Shown here one piece after another: positions 40,003-50,703 of a stretch of 64,000 nt of DNA. Location of the stretch: the NCBI GenBank assembly GCA_036676395.1, contig JAKFCY010000002.1:2400001-2464000 (forward strand). Reading direction: 5' to 3'. A model generated the notes under the pieces. That model was not told the origin of the DNA. It searched no databases and saw nothing but the letters and a program-made list of their open reading frames with translations. The stretch's first letter is position 1, and every line of letters begins with the position of its first letter. A program made the position numbers and the translations under genes. Source of the DNA: Bdellovibrio sp. Lineage in GTDB: Bacteria; Bdellovibrionota; Bdellovibrionia; Bdellovibrionales; Bdellovibrionaceae.

Positions 40003-40593
40003 CTATTTAATCCATTCCTTATAAATGTAGTCTTCCATAACGTCGTAACCTTGTTCTTTGGTACTTGATACTGGAAATAATTTATCCGTATGCGCATGCG
40101 CCTTGATAGCCGCTAAACGCTCTTTTAATTCTTTTTGATTTAAACGATCGATCTTAGTCATCGCTACAACAACCGGAAGACCTACTTTGTTCGCAAAACG
40201 CATTAACATTTTTTCTTCGTCTTCCCAGTCACGGCGAACATCCATAACCAGAACTAAACCAACTAATTCATCACGCTCATCAATATAAGTTTCAATCGCT
40301 TGCGTCCATTCACGAATTTCATCACCACTTCGCGAAGCGAAGCCGTAACCTGGCATATCAACTAAGACATAACTTTCGCCAAAGCTGAAAAAATTAATCA
40401 AACGAGTTTTACCCGGAGTATTACTGACTTTTGCTACATCAGAACCAGAAATAGCATTAATTAACGAAGATTTACCGGCGTTGGATCTTCCAACGAAGGC
40501 GACTTCTTTTTTCTTATGTACGGGATAATCAGCGGGCAAGAAGGCACTCTTGATATAGGTGACTTTGTGCTTTTTCTTTTGTTTTACGGGCAT
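40003..40593 (-). CDS. engB: ribosome biogenesis GTPase YihA/EngB
   Basis: GRSNAGKSS, PGKT, DMPGYG, TKID. Confidence 0.96.
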   Translation of the reverse strand: MPVKQKKKHKVTYIKSAFLPADYPVHKKKEVAFVGRSNAGKSSLINAISGSDVAKVSNTPGKTRLINFFSFGESYVLVDMPGYGFASRSGDEIREWTQAIETYIDERDELVGLVLVMDVRRDWEDEEKMLMRFANKVGLPVVVAMTKIDRLNQKELKERLAAIKAHAHTDKLFPVSSTKEQGYDVMEDYIYKEWIK

Positions 40594-40779
40594 GGTCTAT
40601 ATTATGACCTTTTAATTAATTTCTCAAATCTTAGATTTTCTTTGTCCATTTTTTTAAAAATTGGAATCCCCTAAACTCTACTCAAATATAAGCCATTTTA
40701 AGACTCTTCCCCCCCTGGCTTAGCCTTTGAAATAAGCCACTAAGATAGCCATAGACAAGAACTTCAAAGGGGAACTGAA

Positions 40780-42051
40780 ATGAAATACGTAATTGAACTA
40801 CAAGATGGATCAAACAAACGCTGGGATATCGATAATTATGCCAATATCGGAAGCGACAGCAACTGCCCGGTTCAGGTTCAAATGCCCGGAGTTTCAGCTC
40901 GCCATTTTCGCCTCGAGGTCAAAAACAACAAATTAGTTATTAAAGATCTGCTCAGCGAAGAAGGCACCTTCGTCAACAGCGTTCAGATTGTTGAAAGTAT
41001 TTTGGCTGATGGAGATTTGATTTCTGCAGGTTATGCTGACTTTGTTGTTCATGATTTAACAAAAGTTAAAAATCATTTTCCGTTATCAAGTAAATCAGAA
41101 TTCTGGAATCAACAATTACAAACACTAGGTTCAGTGGCCGAAACTGATTACCCCGTTTTATTATTAGGCCCATCAGGCACTGGTAAAGATGTGTTAACTA
41201 AAAACTTACATCAAGCTTCAACACGCAGACAGGCCCCTTTTTTAAGTGTGAACTGTTCAGCATTAACAGAAACCTTAATTGAGAGTGAATTATTCGGTCA
41301 CACTCGTGGAAGTTTTACCGGAGCCATTGCCGATCGTAAGGGAGCTTTTGAAGCGGCACGCGGAGGCACTTTGTTTTTAGATGAGATTGGTGATTTATCT
41401 TACGCTCTTCAGGCAAAATTATTACGCGCCATTGAAAATGCTGAAATTCGTCCGGTGGGTTCAGACCGTACCATCAAAACAGATGTTCGCATCATCGCAG
41501 CCACACATCAGAATCTTCAACAAAAAATTGAAGATGGATTGTTTCGCGCCGATTTATACTTTCGTTTAAATGTAATCACTATTGATGTACCCAGTTTAAA
41601 AGACCGCATCGAAGACTTTGATGATTTACTTTATACATTTTCACGCGAGATGAAGGTGCGTTTTTCTTATAACGCCACTATTCGTTTAAGAAAACATGAT
41701 TGGCCAGGCAACATTCGTGAACTAAAAAACCTAGTCGCTCGCGCATCTGCTTTATACCCGAAAGCTTATATCACTGAAGAGCATATCGAATTGTTATTAA
41801 ATAAACGTGATCGTTTATCTTCTGTTGCAGGACCATCGATGAATAATGGCGCTAAATATGCCATGCCACAATCACCCAATGCCCCATCGCTTTCGGTGAT
41901 TCGTGAGATCGAAAAGCAGATGATTTTAAAAAGACTTGCCGCCAATCATGGAAATCAAAAATTAACAGCACTTGATTTAGGAATTCCAAAGTCGACTTTG
42001 CATGACCGAATTAAAAGTTACAATATCGATGTGAAGGTATTTAAGGCTTAA
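40780..42051 (+). CDS. FHA-domain sigma54 enhancer-binding protein
   Basis: VSARH/GTFVN FHA; GPSGTGK, ESELFGH, GSFTGA, WPGNIREL, HTH. Confidence 0.93.
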   Translation: MKYVIELQDGSNKRWDIDNYANIGSDSNCPVQVQMPGVSARHFRLEVKNNKLVIKDLLSEEGTFVNSVQIVESILADGDLISAGYADFVVHDLTKVKNHFPLSSKSEFWNQQLQTLGSVAETDYPVLLLGPSGTGKDVLTKNLHQASTRRQAPFLSVNCSALTETLIESELFGHTRGSFTGAIADRKGAFEAARGGTLFLDEIGDLSYALQAKLLRAIENAEIRPVGSDRTIKTDVRIIAATHQNLQQKIEDGLFRADLYFRLNVITIDVPSLKDRIEDFDDLLYTFSREMKVRFSYNATIRLRKHDWPGNIRELKNLVARASALYPKAYITEEHIELLLNKRDRLSSVAGPSMNNGAKYAMPQSPNAPSLSVIREIEKQMILKRLAANHGNQKLTALDLGIPKSTLHDRIKSYNIDVKVFKA

Positions 42052-42844
42052 TTACTATATTTTTATAATAAACTTTGCGAACTTGGCCGTCGGTTAAGTT
42101 TGCATTGATTTTTGCTAAGATCGATTCGCTTAAGGCTTGTTTGCCAGTGCTTGTGTCTAAATCGTCGTAAGTAAATTCTTCGGTTACACGTAAAATTAAA
42201 TCGCGAAATTCGGCTTCACGGTCTTTAATTTCAACAATCGGTTCATTTGAAACTCCGTGAATCACAATTTCAAAAGAAATCATCGGGTTATTCGATGAAC
42301 TTTCTGAGGGGCGTAAATTCGCTGTCATTTTAATTAATGACATCACGTTTTTTGAAAAGCGCACGTTATCATAAAAAGGCTCAACCGCTTCTAACATATC
42401 GTAATCATGAACTGTCACTCCAAGATCTGCGTATGAAGTTAAAAATAGCTGCGTAGGGGCTGACCAAAAATGAGCTTTATAAAGTTTCAAGCCACCATAA
42501 CCAACGCCGCCCAATATTAGCCAAAAGGTGATCGCTTGTTTTGGGTATTTGTGGATCATTAATGGTTTTAGCACCAACCCCCAAAATGGAGATTTAACTG
42601 CGCCAAAAATCGAAGTGAAAAACTTAACAATGCGGTGAGGTGGTTTAACAGCTAATGAGGTATCCAGTAAAGATTCATCGACGGCTTCATTTTCGATACT
42701 GATATCGCCGACAGTTTTCATGAATTCGGGATCTTCTTCATTTAAGACGTCTTCAAGAAACCGCAGGTTTTCCTCAAGCTCAGCTTCAGCGCCAGCATCC
42801 ATACTTTTGCCAAATTTCAGTTTAAACAGATCCATCATGCACAC
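42041..42844 (-). CDS. fliL: FliL-family protein
   Basis: TM plus FRDLIL..DLDTSTGKQAL..KINANLTDGQVRKVYY. Confidence 0.7.
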   Translation of the reverse strand: MCMMDLFKLKFGKSMDAGAEAELEENLRFLEDVLNEEDPEFMKTVGDISIENEAVDESLLDTSLAVKPPHRIVKFFTSIFGAVKSPFWGLVLKPLMIHKYPKQAITFWLILGGVGYGGLKLYKAHFWSAPTQLFLTSYADLGVTVHDYDMLEAVEPFYDNVRFSKNVMSLIKMTANLRPSESSSNNPMISFEIVIHGVSNEPIVEIKDREAEFRDLILRVTEEFTYDDLDTSTGKQALSESILAKINANLTDGQVRKVYYKNIVIKP

Positions 42845-42948
42845 CTAGGTTACATATAGAAATTTTTAAAAGCTAGGACCATCTAACCTTCGTCCAGAAA
42901 TATGAAAAAGCAAACACAACCGGCCTTAGATATTTTAAGATATAGTAT

Positions 42949-43626
42949 ATGAAAAAATCTTTATTATTTGGCTTTATTGCCTTGGGTTTGATGATGACTT
43001 CATCGTGTGCAAACTGGATCAAAACAGCATCACGCCCCGAACTAGAAGAAACGACTAACCGCAAAGAAGAAACTTCTCGCCAAACAGTAACTGCTGATCC
43101 AACAAAAGACCCCGATCGCCTTTCAGATAAAGATTTAGATAAATACGCCTATGAGTTGGGCTTTGATCCGCGCAAAGGCTTAAGCGAAACAGAACGCAAA
43201 GATGCCTTATCACGCCGTAAAGTTCGTCAACTTGAGCGTGGTTTAGATTCGCCAAAAGAACGCTTAAACTACTCGAAAGTTTTACCGTTGTTTGCCAATG
43301 ACCAAGAAAAAATTGATTACTTGTCGATTCCTTCAATCGAAGGCCGCCTAGCTTGGGTCAATCGTAATAAATTATGGAATCGCGACAAAACAAATCCTGA
43401 TTTCATGGCCCTAACAGAAACACAGGATATCACATTAGGAATGTCACAAGAATTAGTGCGCAAAAGCTGGGGCGAACCGCAACAAGTTGAGCACAGTGGT
43501 AATCCAATTTATAAAAATGAACGCTGGAAATACACTCGCGAATTACCGACAGTTAGTGGATACAAACGCGAACGTCGTTACGTGTACTTCGAAGGTGGAC
43601 GCGTTGTTGGCTGGGAAACTGAGTAG
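42949..43626 (+). CDS. lipoprotein with C-terminal SmpA/OmlA-like module
   Basis: Lipobox TSSC; LGMSQELVRKSWGEP..W.Y..YFEGGRVVGW. Confidence 0.75.
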   Translation: MKKSLLFGFIALGLMMTSSCANWIKTASRPELEETTNRKEETSRQTVTADPTKDPDRLSDKDLDKYAYELGFDPRKGLSETERKDALSRRKVRQLERGLDSPKERLNYSKVLPLFANDQEKIDYLSIPSIEGRLAWVNRNKLWNRDKTNPDFMALTETQDITLGMSQELVRKSWGEPQQVEHSGNPIYKNERWKYTRELPTVSGYKRERRYVYFEGGRVVGWETE

Positions 43627-43653
43627 TTACAGAGCTCGCATCCTGCCGTCAGA

Positions 43654-46257
43654 TCAATGAGCTTGATCCCAGTTATCGCCGATTGATGAATTTACTTTCA
43701 ATGGCACTTTAAATTTCGCTACGTTTTCCATAATCGCTCTGATACGAGGCGCGTGGGTTTCTAAAACCTCTGGCGCACCTTCGAAAATCAATTCATCATG
43801 CACCTGTAATAACAATGTTAACGGCTCTTTATCCTGCACTAACCAGCGTTGCACATCGATCATGGCCATCTTCATAAGATCACTTGCTGTACCTTGAATT
43901 GGAGCGTTTATGGCCGCGCGCTCGCCGAATTTTTTTACCATCGCATTTGTTGAATCAAGCTCGGTTAAATAACGACGGCGTCCGAAAAGTGTTTCAACGT
44001 ATTTTTTCTGATGCGCAACTTCGATTGTTGTTTCGATATAATCTTTAATACCGCTGAATTTTTTAAAATAACGATCGATAATATCTTTTGATTCAGTTCG
44101 TGAAATTCCCAGTGTTTCAGCTAAACCGTAGGCCCCTTGGCCGTAAGCGATACCAAAATTTACTGCTTTTGCGATACGACGGTGTTCTTTAGTTACAGCT
44201 CTTAATTCTACGCCGAAAACTTCTGCGGCGGTTGCCGCATGGATATCTAAATCATCTTGAAAGGCTTTGATTAAGCCTTTGTCTTCTGAAATATGCGCTA
44301 ATACACGAAGTTCAATTTGTGAATAATCCAGCGATAATAATTTTTTACCACTGTCAGAAATAAAAGCCTGACGAACTTTGCGGCCCTTTTCAGTTTTGAT
44401 CGGAATATTTTGAATATTCGGATCAGTACTTGATAAACGCCCTGTGGCTGTAAAGGCCTGATTAAAATGAGTGTGAATTCTAGAATGAGAATCCACCATT
44501 TCTGGTAAGGCATCAACGTAAGTTGATTTTAGCTTCGATAATTCACGGTAATTGATCAAGAGCTGGCCAATCGGATGTTTTAGACCTTCTAAAACTTCAT
44601 TATCCGTTGAATAACCGGTTTTTGTTTTTTTAAGAGCTTCTAAGCCCATACGCTCAAATAAAATAACTCCTAATTGCTTAGGAGACGCGATATTAAATTT
44701 TTCGCCGGCGATCTGATGAATTTCAGTTTCTAATTTACCGATATCATCGCCTAGTTCTTTTGAAAAAATCGCCAGTGCCTGAGTATCGAGTTTGATACCC
44801 ACTTTTTCCATCGCGTAGAGAATTGGAATCAAGGGTTTTTCTAATTTTTCATAAATTGGCAACAATCCTTTTTCGCGGATTTCTGTTTGTACTTTTAATG
44901 ACAACTGAACAAAGGCATCAACCAGCTTGATCATATCAACTGGTTGTTTTGCTTCTGGTTTTAAATCGATATCTAAGAAATCTTTGATCACTTCAATAGG
45001 ATCAAGCATGTCTTGTGATTTAAGACAGTACGCTAAAAGCATCATGTCCCAGTCGATTTGTGCAGATAAAACATCTTCAATAGATAAATTCAGCTCTGAC
45101 CAAACTTGCTTAATATCAAATCCTGACCAAACTATATTTTTATAATCTAAATTAGCTTCTGAAGTTTGCGTAATATAGTAATCAAAATTATTAAAACAAA
45201 AACAAATTTGTGAATTTGCCGTATGAACAAAAAACTTTTCGTTCTTAATTCGTTGTTGCACAACCACAGCATCCCAAGTTTGCGCCTTAAGATCAGCTGC
45301 TAAACTGCTGTTGCCATTCACCGTAGGGCCAGGAGCCGCTGGTGTTGCAAAACTTGGCTCTGCACCAGAAATTTTGTGACCGTCACCTTTTTTAAGTGTA
45401 ACTTGCCCGTCACCTAATAGGCTTTTTTCGAATGATTTAAAATTTAATTCTTGTAAAAAAGCTCTTAGTTCTTCAGTTTTTAAATCTTTAACAATGTAGT
45501 CATCCATTGTTTTACCGGTGTTTACATCGGTCACAATCGTCACTAACTTTTTAGAAATAATCGCATCATCTTTAGATTTAATTAATTTTTCTTTAATTCC
45601 TGCAGGAGCTACTTTATCAATATTTTCGTAAATTTGCTCTAATGTGCCAAACTGCTCAATTAATTTTTGTGCGCCTTTTGGACCAATACCCGCCACTCCT
45701 GGAATATGATCTGATGTATCGCCTGTGATTGCTAGAAAATCGATAAATTGTGCCGGATACACACCGTGTTTTTCTTTTATGGCTTCTGTGGTGTAGACGA
45801 ATTCTTTCATGGTGTCGTAAAGAAAAATATTTTCATTCACCAGCTGACTAAAATCTTTATCACCACTCACGATATAAGCTTGGTAACCTTCTTTAGCTGC
45901 TTGCACAGCGATTGTTCCAATTAAATCGTCGGCTTCATATCCAGCAACTTCGATATCTGCGATTCCGAATAATTCTGCCACTTGTTTTAAGTACGGCATT
46001 TGCACTTGCAGATCATCTGGCATGGTTGTGCGATTGGCTTTGTATTCTGTGTAGAGGTCTTTTCTAAATGATGGCTCTTTGCGGTCGTAACAAAAGACAA
46101 CGTGATCTGGATTTTTTTCTTTAAAAAGTTTTACGATCATTGAAATAAAACCGTAAACTGCGTTGACCGGAACTCCCTTTGTCGAAGACAACGGGCGAAT
46201 GGCGTAGAAGGCACGAAAAAACATAGAACTGACATCAACGAGATAGATTTTCTTCAT
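43654..46257 (-). CDS. polA: DNA polymerase I
   Basis: 5'-3' exonuclease (EADD, GDKD), TGRLSS, DYSQIELR, LQVHDEL. Confidence 0.98.
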   Translation of the reverse strand: MKKIYLVDVSSMFFRAFYAIRPLSSTKGVPVNAVYGFISMIVKLFKEKNPDHVVFCYDRKEPSFRKDLYTEYKANRTTMPDDLQVQMPYLKQVAELFGIADIEVAGYEADDLIGTIAVQAAKEGYQAYIVSGDKDFSQLVNENIFLYDTMKEFVYTTEAIKEKHGVYPAQFIDFLAITGDTSDHIPGVAGIGPKGAQKLIEQFGTLEQIYENIDKVAPAGIKEKLIKSKDDAIISKKLVTIVTDVNTGKTMDDYIVKDLKTEELRAFLQELNFKSFEKSLLGDGQVTLKKGDGHKISGAEPSFATPAAPGPTVNGNSSLAADLKAQTWDAVVVQQRIKNEKFFVHTANSQICFCFNNFDYYITQTSEANLDYKNIVWSGFDIKQVWSELNLSIEDVLSAQIDWDMMLLAYCLKSQDMLDPIEVIKDFLDIDLKPEAKQPVDMIKLVDAFVQLSLKVQTEIREKGLLPIYEKLEKPLIPILYAMEKVGIKLDTQALAIFSKELGDDIGKLETEIHQIAGEKFNIASPKQLGVILFERMGLEALKKTKTGYSTDNEVLEGLKHPIGQLLINYRELSKLKSTYVDALPEMVDSHSRIHTHFNQAFTATGRLSSTDPNIQNIPIKTEKGRKVRQAFISDSGKKLLSLDYSQIELRVLAHISEDKGLIKAFQDDLDIHAATAAEVFGVELRAVTKEHRRIAKAVNFGIAYGQGAYGLAETLGISRTESKDIIDRYFKKFSGIKDYIETTIEVAHQKKYVETLFGRRRYLTELDSTNAMVKKFGERAAINAPIQGTASDLMKMAMIDVQRWLVQDKEPLTLLLQVHDELIFEGAPEVLETHAPRIRAIMENVAKFKVPLKVNSSIGDNWDQAH

Positions 46258-46300
46258 CGAAAAAATCTACCCTCAAGTGCCTAGGTTGTCATGACATGGG

Positions 46301-46540
46301 TTACTGTTTTAGAGGTGAGTCGTTTGTTTGCAGTTGCCGAGCGTAGCGGTCGAATTGCTCTACATTTTGGAGCTCTGTCCAGCTGTCGCAAAGAGCGTTT
46401 AATTTGAGTTCTTGTGAGTATTCGCTCACCTGTCTGTTTAAAATTTGCGTGTCTATTTGGCCTAATTCTAGTCGACGTTTTAACTCGGTTTTTGTAAGGC
46501 CCATAATTAACGATAAATGTTCTAATTTCATAAGTACCAC
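46301..46540 (-). CDS. small hypothetical protein
   Basis: Fills the intergenic gap, co-oriented. Confidence 0.5.
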   Translation of the reverse strand: MVLMKLEHLSLIMGLTKTELKRRLELGQIDTQILNRQVSEYSQELKLNALCDSWTELQNVEQFDRYARQLQTNDSPLKQ

Positions 46541-46623
46541 ATTAGAGCTTTTGCTCTAAGTCGTTACAAGGCCTAATGCTTTGCGATACTTTTGCTTAAA
46601 ATTAAAGCTAAATCAGACAATAG

Positions 46624-46929
46624 CTATTCAGGAAATACAAAGATAAGGTCGTGATCACCCACCAGATCCATTTTATCGCGGGCTTGGCGTTCGATGTAAG
46701 TTGTGTCGGTAGCTTGTTTAATTTGGGTATCGATCACTCGCATCTGTGCTTTGGCTTGCAATGATTGGCTCACGATCGTGTCTTCATCGCGATAAAGGCC
46801 CCAAAGTTTCCATAAAGTGCCGTTCAAAAATAGCGTTGCAGTTAACACCATTAAACAGGCGAAAAAAACTTTTTGAGGTCGGCTTAGCCAACGTTGAATG
46901 GCAAAGGCCATGTTGCGCAGTTGATCCAT
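46624..46929 (-). CDS. ftsB: septum formation initiator FtsB/DivIC
   Basis: TM, coiled coil, YIERQARDKMDL; near eno. Confidence 0.8.
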   Translation of the reverse strand: MDQLRNMAFAIQRWLSRPQKVFFACLMVLTATLFLNGTLWKLWGLYRDEDTIVSQSLQAKAQMRVIDTQIKQATDTTYIERQARDKMDLVGDHDLIFVFPE

Positions 46930-46986
46930 GAAATTAGTTTCTATTTTTTTTGCGCTGATGGGTATGGCTTATAGTCTAGTTTTACT

Positions 46987-47820
46987 TCAAGAAAATCGCG
47001 TATTCAAATCTTCTAAACGAAATTCAGTAAGAAGTGCTTGTAAACGTTCTTTGGCCTGGCGCACTTGATGATTTTTATCTGGATTGTTGTGTTTAGAGGC
47101 CACAATTAATTCATTTTTCATTGAGTGTTCAAAACCAACAAGTTCAGTCACGGTCACATCATATCCGGCAGCAGTTAATTCTAATGTGCGCAGTACGTTT
47201 GTTAAATGCGAACCAAATTCACGTGTGTGAATAGGTTGGCGAAATAATTCTGACATTGGGTTAGCTAACATCTTGGCTTTGTTTTGGCGTAAATGCGAAG
47301 CCACTTCAGCTTGGCAACATGGAACTAAAACTATGTGCTTGGCTTTTTTTGCTAACGCGAAATGAATCGCATCATCAGTTGCTGTATCGCACGCATGTAA
47401 TGCCGTAACGATTTCAACTGATTCAGGTAATTTTTTAGTTGTGATTGAATCAGCGACCGTTAAATGTAAAAAATCCATATTCGGAAATTTTAATTTATCA
47501 GCTAAGTCTTTTGATTTTTTTACTAGCTCTTCACGAAATTCGATACCGAATACTTTATTGGGCTTATTTAGCGACTTGAAAAATAAATCATAGATAATAA
47601 AACCTAAATACGATTTACCTGCCCCGTGATCGACTAAATTAATTTGCGCTGAATTTTCATTAAGGTCTTTTAATAAAGGCTCAATGAAATGATACAGGTG
47701 ATACACTTGCTTAAGCTTACGACGAGAATCCTGGTTAATTTTTCCGTCGCGAGTTAAGATGTGAAGCTCTTTTAAAAGCTCAATCGATTGGCCTGGTTTT
47801 AAATCAAGATCATGTGACAT
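46987..47820 (-). CDS. SAM-dependent methyltransferase
   Basis: VDHGAGKSYLGF, ALHACDTATDDA, VPCCQ. Confidence 0.9.
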   Translation of the reverse strand: MSHDLDLKPGQSIELLKELHILTRDGKINQDSRRKLKQVYHLYHFIEPLLKDLNENSAQINLVDHGAGKSYLGFIIYDLFFKSLNKPNKVFGIEFREELVKKSKDLADKLKFPNMDFLHLTVADSITTKKLPESVEIVTALHACDTATDDAIHFALAKKAKHIVLVPCCQAEVASHLRQNKAKMLANPMSELFRQPIHTREFGSHLTNVLRTLELTAAGYDVTVTELVGFEHSMKNELIVASKHNNPDKNHQVRQAKERLQALLTEFRLEDLNTRFS

Positions 47821-47823
47821 AAG

Positions 47824-48330
47824 TTATTTTTTCTTTTCACAAAGTAAAGCAGTGTCGAATTTCATTTGTAGATTTACAGATTCAGAATCTGAATATTTTC
47901 TGACTTGTTCGATTTGTTCTGTAACCACAGATTTTAAAGTTTTTAAATAATTAGACGATGATGCTGAAGTTTTAGCGGTGCACGATAACTCAAGTAAAAA
48001 CAAAGCGTATTCAGCCTGCTTTTTATGAGAACTTAAATTTAGAGCTGAATTCGAAGGCTTCGGTTTTGCTTTTTGCTGCTTTGCTTTTTCTTTCTGAATC
48101 AAACCTTTACCTGCAGGTAAAGTACCTAAAAGCTCTTCAACTGTAAGTTTTTCTTTTTCGTGAAGCTGACTAACTTGTTTTTTAAAACATTCAGAAATGA
48201 CTTCGTTTTTTAGACAAAGTTTTTCAATGTTGGCCGCTTGAAATTTATAATTGAGATCAAAAACTTTGGGATTTCCAAAAACTGTCGAAGATACGACGGT
48301 TAATAAAAGAAAAATCCCAAGTTTATTCAC
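47824..48330 (-). CDS. secreted hypothetical protein
   Basis: Signal peptide; abuts the eno stop. Confidence 0.65.
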   Translation of the reverse strand: MNKLGIFLLLTVVSSTVFGNPKVFDLNYKFQAANIEKLCLKNEVISECFKKQVSQLHEKEKLTVEELLGTLPAGKGLIQKEKAKQQKAKPKPSNSALNLSSHKKQAEYALFLLELSCTAKTSASSSNYLKTLKSVVTEQIEQVRKYSDSESVNLQMKFDTALLCEKKK

Positions 48331-49599
48331 TTAGCGAAATCCAGCTTTATCCCAGTATACGCCCATACCACCAAGATCTTCTTCGATTCTTAGCAATTGA
48401 TTATACTTAGCAGTACGTTCACCACGGCATAAAGAGCCCGTTTTGATTTGGTGACAGTTTAATGCTACGGCAAGATCAGCAATAATTGTATCTTCAGTTT
48501 CGCCAGATCTGTGTGACATCACTGTTTTCATTTTATGGCGTTGAGCTAAGTTAACCGCTTCAAACGTTTCTGTTAATGTACCGATTTGGTTTACTTTAAC
48601 TAATAAAGCGTTGGCTGCTTTTTTCTCTAAACCCATGCGTAAACGTTTTGGGTTAGTTACGAATAAGTCATCACCTACAAGCTGTACGTGGTTACCCATG
48701 GCTGCAGTTGCAGAAACCCATGAATCCCAGTCATCTTCAGAGAAACCATCTTCGATAGAAACTAATGGATATTTTTCGCTCCATTTTTTATAAACGTTTT
48801 CTAATTCTTTACCTGAGATTTGGTTTTTCTCCCAAGTGTACTTGTTATCTTTATATAATTCAGTGGCAGCCACGTCCAAAGCTAAGAACATGTTTTGTCC
48901 CGCTTCGTAGCCGGCTTCCATAATCGCTTGCATTAGTAATTCAAGGGCTTCTTCATTTGATTTCAAAACTGGAGCGAATCCACCTTCATCACCAACGGCC
49001 GTTGATAAACCTTTTTTGTGGAGAATTTTTTTCAATGTGTGAAATACTTCGGCTCCGGCACGTAAACTTTCTGCGTACGAATTATTTACTGTCGGAACGA
49101 TCATGAATTCTTGAATATCTAAACCGTTGTTCGCATGGGCGCCGCCGTTTAATACGTTCATTAACGGAACCGGTAAACGGCAAGCTTGTGAACCACCAAC
49201 ATATCTGTAAAGCGGAAGACCTGCATCTTTGGCAGCCGCTTGAGCTACAGCTAATGAAACACCTAAGATCGCATTAGCACCTAAGTTTGATTTGTTTTCA
49301 GTGCCGTCGATGTCGCGTAAAACTTTATCGATGTAAACTTGTTCAAAAACATTCAAGCCCACAACTTCAGGAGCAATTTTTTCACGCACGTTATCTACAG
49401 CTTTAAAAACACCTTTTCCTAAGAAACGTTTTTTATCGCCGTCACGTAATTCGTAAGCTTCATGTGCACCCGTTGAAGCTCCAGATGGAACAGCAGCGCG
49501 GCCCATGTTGCCATCAGCAGTTTTAACTTCGACTTCGATTGTTGGATTGCCACGGCTATCTAAAATTTCGCGACCTTGAACACTTACGATTTCTGACAT
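48331..49599 (-). CDS. eno: enolase
   Basis: [29 protein letters not shown]. Confidence 0.99.
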   Translation of the reverse strand: MSEIVSVQGREILDSRGNPTIEVEVKTADGNMGRAAVPSGASTGAHEAYELRDGDKKRFLGKGVFKAVDNVREKIAPEVVGLNVFEQVYIDKVLRDIDGTENKSNLGANAILGVSLAVAQAAAKDAGLPLYRYVGGSQACRLPVPLMNVLNGGAHANNGLDIQEFMIVPTVNNSYAESLRAGAEVFHTLKKILHKKGLSTAVGDEGGFAPVLKSNEEALELLMQAIMEAGYEAGQNMFLALDVAATELYKDNKYTWEKNQISGKELENVYKKWSEKYPLVSIEDGFSEDDWDSWVSATAAMGNHVQLVGDDLFVTNPKRLRMGLEKKAANALLVKVNQIGTLTETFEAVNLAQRHKMKTVMSHRSGETEDTIIADLAVALNCHQIKTGSLCRGERTAKYNQLLRIEEDLGGMGVYWDKAGFR

Positions 49600-49601
49600 T
49601 G

Positions 49602-50648
49602 TTAATCCTTTTTTGATTCTAGCTGTGATTCTGTGCGTGTCTTCGACACGGCTTCTTCCGAATCAGGCTTACTCATTTTTTTTAAAATTTCGATACTTTC
49701 AAAAATAATTTGTGGGTATTGGCTTTTGACTAAATCCCAATCCACTCGGTGAAATGCGGCTTTCATTCCCGGAGTCACTTTTTGACCCGCAGTTAATAAC
49801 GTCACCAATTGATGGGCGCGCACCATGTAATCATGCAAGCGCGCTAAATTTTGCGCCACTTGATGTGTTGGTTTTTTGATAAATTCAAATTGTGAAAAAT
49901 CATTTGGCGAAAAAGAAACCGCTTGCAACGTATCTTTAGAAGACCACTTTTGTTCAGCCACACGTTGTAGTTCTTCGTTACGGCGTTGAAGCTCACGATT
50001 TTTTTCTTCAAGATCACGCGAACTGATTTGCAATTGGTTAATCACCTCTTGCATTAATTGCGGCGACACTTGGTGATGTTCTTGCTCATCCAAAATTGTA
50101 TCTTGGTAACCTGGCCAATCTAATTCAAAGTGCACCTGCGTCCAACGACAAACCCCAGGAGTTAAGCCAACATAAATCGGCAACGCTTCGAACGCGGCTT
50201 TTAAATACGTTGTTACTAATGGGTATTGTTCTGCCGGAAGCGGAATATCAAAACTGATTCCCGCATCGGTGCGAATCACATTTTCAATCGGCGGCTCAGG
50301 AGAAATAAAATAACCTAAAAACTTTTCGGGCTGATGAAAAATTTCTTGCGGACGCGGCATCATGCGAAGAACTGAATCCAGCACGCCCCACGCACGAAGC
50401 TTTGGAGTCACATGCCCTGCGGCTTCGATTTGTTCGCGTTTAGTGATGATACGTTCTAGAAATGCTTCCATGTCTGGTGCATACATCCAGTTTGATGGAT
50501 CTTTTAAAAAATCCCACGGTACATCTTGTTCTGAAAAATACGCATTTAGATCAACCTTTTCGGTTTCTAAATACTTCAAAATAGAATTCGTTATTTTACA
50601 GCTAAAATGCACTCGAAAAAGGTAGCCTCTGACTCTGTAGAGTGGCAA
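49602..50648 (-). CDS. hypothetical protein; possible H-NOX/V4R-like N-domain plus coiled coil
   Basis: Long ORF coupled to eno; coiled coil [16 protein letters not shown]; true start probably downstream (GTG). Confidence 0.65.
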   Translation of the reverse strand: MPLYRVRGYLFRVHFSCKITNSILKYLETEKVDLNAYFSEQDVPWDFLKDPSNWMYAPDMEAFLERIITKREQIEAAGHVTPKLRAWGVLDSVLRMMPRPQEIFHQPEKFLGYFISPEPPIENVIRTDAGISFDIPLPAEQYPLVTTYLKAAFEALPIYVGLTPGVCRWTQVHFELDWPGYQDTILDEQEHHQVSPQLMQEVINQLQISSRDLEEKNRELQRRNEELQRVAEQKWSSKDTLQAVSFSPNDFSQFEFIKKPTHQVAQNLARLHDYMVRAHQLVTLLTAGQKVTPGMKAAFHRVDWDLVKSQYPQIIFESIEILKKMSKPDSEEAVSKTRTESQLESKKD

Positions 50649-50703
50649 CCATTTACAGAGTGCAAAAGCGCGAAAATATTGGCTTTTCTAGCTTAACAGA
50701 GCA

